From Ruditapes philippinarum (taxonomy: Eukaryota), in the NCBI RefSeq assembly GCF_026571515.1, contig NW_026855183.1, positions 372,001 to 436,000 on the forward strand: a stretch of DNA of 64,000 nucleotides, in the 5' to 3' direction. Shown here one piece after another: positions 54,498 through 64,000 of the stretch. How positions within the stretch are numbered: the stretch's first letter is position 1; each line of letters begins with the position of its first letter. The translations under genes and the position numbers were made by a program. The notes under the pieces were generated by a model. It did no database searches. It was not told where the DNA came from and saw only the letters and a list, made by a program, of their open reading frames with translations.

Positions 54498-55062
54498 ATG
54501 TTCTGTGTAAATATTTACTGTCATATATCATTACATGTAAATAAATGATGTAATATAAATAACTATATATAACAACCGTTATTTATGTAATTTCAATTTC
54601 ACATTAAATCAATTGTTAATTCAATTTCACTGATGTTAATTCAAATGAAATAAGGTAATGTTTGAAGATATGATAGGTTGGCCTAATGGAACGGATTGTG
54701 CAATAGAAAAAACAAATTTAGTGCAAATAAAATATAAAATCATAATAATTATATAATAATAATAGAATATGGTGTGACATAGCTTTTATTTCCCCTAAAA
54801 TTTAAGTTATCATTTACCGATGAATAATGTTATAAACTTACAGAATACGAAATAGCAAATATTTACATATTACTTTCTTAACGTTTCTTTTTGTTTTTGC
54901 ACTAATATACAACAAAGTGTTACTTAATTGTAAAAAGGTTTTATTTTTTCTCTAATTTATCTGAAAACCAGTAATCTGAATTATATTAACACAAAATAAT
55001 GTATCTAGTAAAAAACTGATTTCTGTGTAATATATAATTCATGAATAATATAACATAATATA

Positions 55063-55865
55063 TTAAGGTATTACCATCCTAATGCATTACCTCCGCTTTG
55101 AAGAGTATTCAAATAGGCTATAACTACTGTTAACTACATTGAAAATGAGGGCCGTGGGTTCAATCCCCAGAAGGGTCAACTTTTTTCTTCTTTTTCTTTT
55201 CTGTAAACATTATTTATGTATCTCTTATGTCCCATTTGGAAAGATAAAAGTGTTTAATTTTGATTTTTTAATTTATATAGGTATTTATTGGCTAAATTAT
55301 GCTAAATCTAGTAATAAATATGGTACCTGATATTTTCAAAGTGTAATAAAATCAAAACTAGACGGTAAAAGTATTTCATATTTTACAAGATCAACCAATA
55401 TACTTCTTTAAAAATTTAGGGAAACTTTGAAAACAGGCACTAATTTGGGTAAATTTAAAGGATTTTTTAAATTAGGCTCCCTAAGTAGGAAAATGGTCAG
55501 ACACGTGGTAAAATTGGGTGGGGTAGGGTTACATTTTTATACAGATTTCATAAATTTTATAAGTAGAAACCATAATTTTGCTTATGTGGATTGTAAGTTG
55601 AATGGCACTATTTGTTACTTACCAAAAGTAATGGGAAAACATTTTTCATTAGAATGTAATTGCAGGTTATTTAAAGGTTCTTCATTTCTAAAAAAGGGCC
55701 CTCATAACATCCTAGCTCGAGTTCAGAAAAGTGGCCATAACTTGATTTCCGTACGGTAAACTTTGTTTAAATTTTGCATACAGGTGTACTTAAAGGTATA
55801 TATCTGACCTATGATGTCAATATTTTAGTTCCTTATAGTGCCCATTAGGGTAGTAATATCTTTAA
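55063..55865. mobile_element. Non-autonomous DNA transposon with TTAA flanks (Kolobok/piggyBac-type target)
   Basis: ttaa-ggtattaccatcctaatg ... cattagggtagtaatatct-ttaa form imperfect TIRs; absent from the homologous site in unit 1 (~47180). Confidence 0.75.
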
Positions 55866-56217
55866 AAAAAAATATAATATAATATGGCAATCATAATATA
55901 ATATCACTATAACCTGTATACTTATATTACATTATATAATAATAATGATAATAATAATAAACAAGAAATACGAATGGGAGATAAATTTTAACCAGTATGT
56001 GTCCGTTATCAATATAACACAGTATTTTGATGGAATGGGCTTAACAGATAGACAGATTTTTAAACTTATCTGTAGTAGGCGGAAGACGCGGACTTTTTCG
56101 GAACAAGGAAGGCTGATTTATTTCATAGCTCTTAAAATAGTTTCAGTATTTTTTTTTCTTACTAAAATATTTACTGAATAATAATTGCAAACGTTACACC
56201 GTATTTGACGCCTGGAC

Positions 56218-58520
56218 ATGGAATGTTTGTGGATTGTTATAGTCATATTCTTTTACGGTATGTACACAATATTTATATATCATTTAGATAACAATTTCTA
56301 TAATCTGCTTTTTTATTAATGAAATTAATGTGAAACATTTTCTCCTTTCTTTAAGCAAATATATATGATGTAAGAATGACAAAAACATAAAAGACATTTT
56401 TACATACTATTTTTTAGCACAACGTACGATATTTTAAAACTGTTTTCTTCATAAATCTATATTTAATGCATCCATAAAACAGGAATCATAAATATTTCGT
56501 CATTTATTTGTATTTCGAAAATTGTATTTGAATAGAAATTATGGAAGTGGTGTTTCATTGTCAAAACGAACGGAACACTTATAAATGAATCTATTTTTTA
56601 TTATATATTAATGAGTAAAATAGCAATATTATTTGTGATCAATCAGTTCCATAGTTTAAGTCTTTCCATTTTTCTTTTCAGATAAGGTTAAGGGAGAGAC
56701 TGGTCCATTGCCAACCCAAAAAAAAGAAACGGGCCCCAGATCTCCCCAAAAAGATTTTTCTAATTTAGTGGTGTTTTTCCCAAAATCCCCCGTACCCACC
56801 GGTACAGATTTACAAGTAAAAGCAGCTGGGAATTTCATACTGATTGTAAAACACATTTAACTGTGGAGGGGGCGGCCCAGGTTTGGATTTGATGTAAAAA
56901 AGCCTATTACTTTTTGAAATTTTGGGAAAAACAATTATCCCCCCATGGAAAAAAATATGCTATTTTCCCTTTGTGCCAAAAGGGTCATAAAGTTTTGATG
57001 ACTTTAGATTTTTTTGGGCATGTAAAATAAATTAAATGATTTAATTTTAAAAGAATTTTTTTTATACCGTAGCAAAGCTAAAACAAGTGGCATTGTCTTT
57101 TCTTCACTCTAATTTTGTCAAAACAATATTTCTGCCCGATAAATCCATTGTCTGAAACCATAGAAACTATATCAATTTTGGAATTAAATATTTTATATAG
57201 TTATAGTTCTTTAAAGAACAACAAAAGTGAGATAAGGGGAGAAAATGTATTACAGATACGACAAAAATACTTTCTGGTTGGCAAATATCTTCAAACCTGT
57301 CTGAACTTAAACTGTATTTTGACCTATATTTCCATCCAACATGAATTTATTCCATTTTATGATTACAGACACTCTTCCAACATACAATGATGGGACGACT
57401 CACGTATTTATCTGCATAAAACTGGGTTCTTGTTGTTCACAGAGAAATGCGATAGCAGTTAGAAACTGTAATAGTTTCTTTGTTTTTGAACTGAGAAGAT
57501 TGCCTAATTGCGATATACGATATTGCTTCAGTACGTCTTTTATTACCTAAGCGACACTTTATTGTCATAATTTTAACTTTGATCGATGCAAAAAAAAAAA
57601 AGAATAAAAATGAATAAAAAAAGAAACCTGTATCGTTTATAACTGAACTAATTTTTATTGAACAAAATATCTGTTTGTAGAATCAAGTATAAGCAAAGTG
57701 TGTACAATTGAGGTTCATAAGTTTACATGATGTGGTGAATCATAAAATTTTATTGTTACATTATTTTTGTGATAATATATTCTAGATAAAAACGATACTC
57801 CTCTTGTAACCGTTGCAACAACAACAACAAGTACAACATCTACAACAGAATCTACATCAACAAGTTATACAACGACAATGAAATCAACAACTCCCTCAAC
57901 CTTTTTCACATCAACAAGTTACAAAACTACCAGACAGTCAACAACTTTCCCATCTTTTTCCACATCAGCAAGTTACAAAATCACCAGAAAACCAACAACT
58001 TCGATTTCAACCACAGTGTCTACAGCTTTCACATCCCGAATGATATCTTATATCACAAGAACGAGAGACTTAGACAAAAAACCATCTACCAGTACGTCTA
58101 CTCGTTTCAAAAAGAAAACAAAGAACGCAGATGAAACAACGCTTGTAATTGCTACATGTGGAAGCATTGGAGCCCTACTTTTAGTTATAGTCATTTTTAT
58201 AGTTTTATTTAGAGTGCTAGTATACAGGTAATCTAACAATAAACCTTATGTTGTTTTATAATAAAAACTTTATCTTAATAAGCAGCATTATGCCAATGAC
58301 TATTTACCAAGTATATGACTAATCAAATTTATTTTATCAGTTGATTTTGCTTGAATCACATGTAAACGAAGGCAGTTAAATTGATTTATCCTGCACTGGA
58401 ATCTGTAGAAAATGTAATATTATATTTTATTCGTTTGTATCTTCTTTAATTTGTTAATGCTATCTTAATTTGTTTTTTTCTAGACCAAACCTTCAGCAGA
58501 TTCGACCTGATGATCATTAG
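56218..58520 (+). CDS. D8C/D10C-mucin-TM paralogue C (exon 2 garbled, probably a sequencing error)
   Basis: Exons 56218-56257, ~56682-56893 (homopolymer-corrupted copy of 48235-48441), 57369-57530 (open), 57786-58227 (open stalk + TM LVIATCGSIGALLLVIVIFIVLF) and 58484-58520. Confidence 0.7.
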
Positions 58521-58655
58521 TCTCTACCAGAATGTCATGACATGGAAAGAAATGTAAAATTTGATGCAGGGCATTTACAGTCAAGAACTCACATTTCAGC
58601 ATAATAAGATCGAAAAGAACCGAACCTTAAACGTATACGATGCCGGCAATAAATC

Positions 58656-58763
58656 AGCCGCGTCACGACAAAACCAACATAATGGGTTTGCGCGGATGCG
58701 CAGGCTGGTCTGGATCCATGTTGGTCGCAAACCCATTATGTTGGTTTTGTCATGACGCGGCTC
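58656..58763. mobile_element. ~108-bp MITE in the 3' region of paralogue C
   Basis: ~37-bp TIRs: agccgcgtcacgacaaaaccaacataatgggtttgcg / cgcaaacccattatgttggttttgtcatgacgcggct; absent from paralogue B (~50118). Confidence 0.85.
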
Positions 58764-60539
58764 AAATATCATTATGGTTTGAAGAAGCTTTGATTTTAAA
58801 ATTAACAAAATGTTTATGTAAATTGTGAAGTAGAGAGTACTATTCTAAAAAAATGTTCAAGGACAAATGATCACATCATTATAACAAAAAGAATTGTGTT
58901 GTTAAAAGAATTGTGTTGAACGAATATGGTTATGATGATCTCGAGGAATATGCCATTAGACACACCCTTTAATCTTAATTTATCTTTTCAATAATTAATG
59001 ACATAGTGATTTTGTGCTCTCCATTCATCTGTTAGGAATTGACACATTTTATCCATAGTTATAACTATTGTCTTTGTCTTATGTCTCAAAAGGTATTTTT
59101 CTGGGACAAAACTGCCAGTAGTTTGTTTGTTATTCTAAGTTTTCTACATGTATTTCTGTCAAATAGCGTTTCCATTTTTTCTATTTATCATTTCTTTTTA
59201 GAAACATTCAGTTATTTTTGTTCAGTTTAAATAATTGATTGAATGAAAAAATATATATATAAAATATATATGAAACATTGACTTTGTGGGGAGGGATGTT
59301 GTTAATGTTGTTATAACTTGTAGTCCGACTAATTTGCACTATATGTTTGTAAAAATATGATTTTGTATTATTCATGGCACCTTCCAATTATATATATAAT
59401 TATATATTAATAAATTGCAATAGATTCAAACTGTAAATCTACGCAAATTTTGACCATTTAGCGTGCGTTCTTTGGTTTAATTTAAACGATGTTTATGTGA
59501 AAAATACATTTATAGAGATTAGATTTTGTAAAATAAAAAGGAGGAAAGCTTAAATTTACGCAATTATCTTTAACTTTAACTCTGATTTAAATACTTCTTT
59601 GAAATGTTGTTTTGATAGCATTGTATCGATATATCTTATGTTTTATTACCCGTCTAATTAAATGCACATTCGTCTAGTCAAGTGCATCTCATTCGTCTTT
59701 GAACTTAAAATCGCTTGCTAGAGGTTAATCTGTGTACATTTATGACTTTGCAATAAAACTTTTACTTGATATTATCTGAAAGTAAACGTGCATTTGTCAT
59801 TTACAGTTAAAGGGGTTTATTTACGTATGCTATTACGCATGTAGAAACAGTCTCAATAATTACTCTATTTTATATTAAGTAGCATTAATGAATGTTTTCT
59901 TATCAAAATATATGATGCAATATATCTTTTTTTTCTTGACATTGACGTTATAAATGATTGAGCTGTCTAGACGTTAGCACCAAGTTCTGAAGCCTACACC
60001 ATAAATAAATACTTATATTTTTTACATTTCATACATTTTAATGAGTACTGATTTAATTCTAAAGAAAGGCGATCCATTGGCTCACTATAATGACTATGTA
60101 AAATCAATGTATGAAAGATAAAAATGTAGATAACAATAACCGAAACCAGTTATAAATAGCTACACCTTAAACACTTAATTTATCAGAAATGTCAAAGATA
60201 GATACTTGGAACCATGATTGTGCAAATCTATGTTCCCCTTTTGTTTAAACTCAAATAACCAATCCTCGGGATTGGTAATGTCATAGCAGCAATAAACAAA
60301 CAAATTTAATATTTTTCATCCTGGTTTCTCTGATAACAGCATTTAGGATAATGAATGTGGATTAAATATAGTGCACGGTGCATGGTGCAAACTGATAACG
60401 CATGTTTGTCATTGTATTTCTTCAAATCAATTGATATTGGTTTGAACGCTTGAACATGTTAGCTACGACATTTTATGTTATCTATTAAAACATTACATGT
60501 TTGAAATAAAGTGAATGTGAATAAAGTAAAAAGGAAGTT

Positions 60540-62482
60540 ATGTTTTTAAGACAAATAGTATTTATTGTTTTAACTATTAATATCTGCCGTGCAAATTATA
60601 GTAATAAATGGCTGATAAAGGGGGATTTAACCTATGAAGAAATACACAGGACAGCTGAAAGGTTTGGTTTTCAAGTTCTTAAGAAGGTAATATCATTTAA
60701 AGTATTCATAGTGACAGCTTTGAGTTTTCGTTCCATTAAAATATTGGCATTTTATAAGTCGGCGAAAAAAACTGACTTGACTTTTATTATAAATATGATA
60801 CAATGTTTAAGTTAGTAAACGTCATTTAATTCACATTTAAAGGCATACTAGTAGTAGGAATTGGAAATGAAAACATATAAGATGGTGAGCACCGGAAGTA
60901 AGTAGTACTTAATGTGAAATAATTTGTCCCTTAACGTAATCTAAGTAGTATTTTGACTTTCATACACAATTTTAATTCCTAATCACTTAATGGATTAAAA
61001 TAAAAACGGAAAAACTTAAAATGGCTCAGCGAAAATGGAAGTATTAACATTTTTGAAGTTTCAAAGGACCTTAAACCAATTTTAATGAGCATACATTACA
61101 TGATCACGTACCGAACTGGAGCAAGGGCCTTTTAGTTATATGAGCTTCTATGTTCAAAATACAAGGTTAAAAATGTTTGAAAAATGTTTACAGCCACAAT
61201 TGTGTACATGTTTTACAGTTTGAGTTTTAAATATGAGTAACAGAGCAGTATTTATATATATATTTATTTTTGTACTATTTCAGCTTAGAACAGAACATTA
61301 TGTTTTAACAAGAGATGACGTTTCCAAATATTCAAGGCATAGGTCTGATTTTCATACAAAACTACTTAAAGAACATGGCAAGGTATGACTAACGATAGAT
61401 ACTATACATGTTTTTGATATTTTGCATATTAAATGACATTTCCTCTTCCTTGTCACATTCTTACTTAAAATAATATCATAAGTAAAAGAAAATATACTCA
61501 TTTCATGAAATTGCAACAACAAAATATAAGTGTTTGTCCTTGATAAAAACAATTTTTTACATCATTAATGGTTGGGTTTTACTTTAAGCTTAGTTATTGA
61601 AGCTCAATTGTGAAGACAGATTTGCGAGGCTAATATGAACCCCTTTCTAGAGCCAAAGCGTACCATTTATTTATTAAGTTACTTTTTATTTATTTATTTA
61701 TCTTTTTTTGTTTTGTTTTTTCTTTTGTTTAATGTTTGGTTTAAATTGTGGTTATTTGGTTAAATTTTAGATATCGTTTGTTAAACAAGAACAATGGACG
61801 AAGGTAAATCGTAGAGCAATTAATCTGCCACCACAGGATGAGAAATGGAAACAAATGTGGTACATAGTGAGTTGTTTAGAATTATATTGAAACTAGAAAT
61901 GAAATCGTGTCATCAAAATTATCAAAACATTTGTTATCTAAGATTTATTTATAAAGCTTTACAAAATATGTTGATAACCTTCTATCGCCGTTCATAGTTT
62001 GTTACATTTATTATTGAACAACAACTAGTCGAAGATTTTGTTAAACCAACATATTAAATCATTGTCATCTAATATCAAACTATTATATAATAATTATTAT
62101 TTCATTAGCGTAGCAAATAATGTAAACTATCATAAATTGATCCATTAGACAGCCAAAATCTTGTTCATGATGATTAATTTTACTTTTATTTGTAAAAAAG
62201 ACATTGGCCTATATTTTATTGTTGTTGATTTGTTTTAGATAGTTTCTTTAGTAAACACTGTTTTTGACCATTTACCTTCTAAATGTTAAATGAATATCTT
62301 GTCTGTTCATCTATCTAAAAAACTGGAACTAACAGAGCAATTTTGTTTACCAGAACGAAATGACAAACGTCAGCCTCGGGATTTTACAAGCCTGGAAGTC
62401 AAACTACACAGGAAAAGGTGTGGCCATCTCCATAGTAGACGACGGCGTTGACTATAAGCATATAGATCTCATAAATCGCTAT
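60540..62482 (+). CDS. Furin/PCSK-like (kexin-type, peptidase S8B) proprotein convertase, first four coding exons (continues beyond window)
   Basis: Phase-0 exons 60540-60686 (signal peptide + YSNKW..AERFGF prodomain), 61284-61382, 61771-61866 (VKQEQWTKVNRR..D..W..MWYI) and 62354-62482 (AWKSNYTGKGVAISIVDDGVDYKHIDLINRY, containing the catalytic Asp). Confidence 0.9.
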
Positions 62483-63170
62483 GTAAGCCCTCTTAGAGAT
62501 ATTCCATCCGAAGATATATATTGAGTGAACATATGACATTTAAAATAACTTTAAAAGTTGCCATCATTTTGTTCACTTTTATAATGCACTTTGCATGAAC
62601 AAGAAATACCTCACGTGGACTAAATTTATCTGTACCTTATTTATTAAAAAAAGATTATAATAATATCACTTTAATAAACACCCAACAGATATTTATAACA
62701 AAGTTTATATTAATATCATTTTAATATCGTCGACATATACCCGTATCAGAATTTTTAAGGTTCGCTTAAGAGATTGGATTTTTGAAGAAAAAAGGTATTT
62801 TAATACCGACTGCCAAGGTTTACATGGTTACACAGTTCCCAATAAATAAAATGCAAAGAGAATAATGCCTTCTTTCCATGCTCTTAAATGAAGGTAATGA
62901 TGTGAACCGTAAAATACAATTTTATTTGTAAAAGTGAGCGCAATTTATATTTTGAAATTTTATGAAGGTATGTAATTTTTTAAAAGAAATGGATTTCAAA
63001 AATTTGCTGTAAAAGTATATCATTTGTCGCATTTACATTGGAGTATATGCATCTGTTAGCTCCAACAGGTGAGATTGTTTTGAACTCTGGTGATGCTTTG
63101 AAGTTTTGACACCCGAGGTTAGCCAAAATTCGGCTCCTTATAACCTAAACATACTGTTATGGTGCGTTGA

Positions 63171-64000
63171 ACGAGGATTGATCAAAAAGTTCTTGGCCCG
63201 ATGTACTTCCGGTAGTAACAGAACCCAACTAATAGTCTTGTTTTTCAATATAATCGCCCTCTTCACCAATGCTCTTTGCCCACCTGTGTTCCAACTTGTT
63301 TAACTCTTCAAAATAGAACTCTCTATTTTGGTCCTCAAAGAACTCATTGACCGCCTCCTTGACAGCTTCATTCATTCAAGTGCAGAGAATATGTGGGGAG
63401 GGGAAGAATTTCAAAGCCGCAGTCAGTTGCAGCAGCCATCGTAACTTGGGATGTGTGAGCTGGCGCATTGTCGTGCAGAAGCAGAACGCCTTGATTCAGT
63501 TTGCCCCGCTTTTACGCGCGATTTCTTCACACAGACTTCTCAATTCGTCTGCATAGTAGGTACCGTTTAAGGTATGACCTTGCTCAAGACAGTCGAAATG
63601 ACTATCCCCTGACTATCCAGAAAATGAAAGCATTATCTTCCCTGATGATTGCACCCTCTTGAACTTCTTTAGAGTGGATGAGCCAGAGTGCTTCCACTGC
63701 ATGCTCTGTTTTTTGGATTCTAGATCGAAGTGATGGACCCATGTTTCATCCTGAGTTACGATCCGGTAGATAAAATCAGGTTCATCCTCGTAGCGAGACA
63801 AATAATTTCTTGAAATGTCAAGCCTGGTCCGTTTCTTATCCTCAGTCATTTGTCTGGGGACCCATCTAGCGGAAACCATTGACGTGCCATAGAAATCAGT
63901 CAGAATTGCCTGAACTAGACCAAAGCTTATTCTACTACCTTTGCAAAGCTTCGCAGATCTCGCCTTCTAGACATGACCTGATCGCGCACAGCTTCGGCAG
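63171..64000 (-). mobile_element. Decayed mariner (Tc1/mariner) transposon in a convertase intron
   Basis: ARWVPRQ, IVTQDETWVHHFD and SMQWKH motifs; LLHDNAPAHTS (~63485-63455) in a shifted frame; truncated YSPDLAP region; TIR-like acgaggattgatcaaaaagttc at 63171. Confidence 0.9.

Larger units (their letters stand above)
41760..59100 (+). repeat. Head-to-tail segmental duplication, two ~8.7 kb units (41760-50490 and 50490-59100)
   Basis: 41762 tttgtttacattttt..aaaatctaacatgctcttaat matches 50492; 50440-50490 matches 59048-59100; collinear similarity runs throughout, apart from unit-specific insertions. Confidence 0.9.

Noticed and set aside
58561-58828. Three overlapping ORFs on both strands
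   Set aside because: Produced by the palindromic GC-rich MITE.

Overview
AT-rich, intron-containing eukaryotic DNA. The gene families and repeats (Helentron/HINE-type elements carrying ~150-170 bp satellites, a tRNA-derived SINE, an L2-type LINE, a mariner) suggest a bivalve mollusc, probably oyster-like; this is an inference. Genes reconstructed by hand from GT/AG sites and exon phases: (1) the 5' end of a secreted TSP1+EGF protein (minus strand, runs off the left edge). (2) A tandemly duplicated cassette. Each copy holds a minus-strand CILP (cartilage intermediate layer protein)-like gene with an unusual N-terminal VWA domain, facing tail-to-tail a plus-strand gene that matches only the CILP C-terminal chain. 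Copy 2 has an intact 10-exon CILP-like gene (~1259 aa); copy 1 is internally deleted and appears chimeric. (3) Three paralogous type-I membrane genes: signal peptide, UMOD/GP2/OIT3-type cysteine domain, Ser/Thr stalk, TM helix. One is intact; the other two lie in an ~8.7 kb tandem duplication. (4) The first four exons of a furin/PCSK-like proprotein convertase with a non-canonical prodomain site. Several homopolymer-inflated stretches look like consensus errors, so some apparent gene damage may be artefactual. The most interesting candidate system is the full-length CILP / stand-alone CILP C-chain pair.
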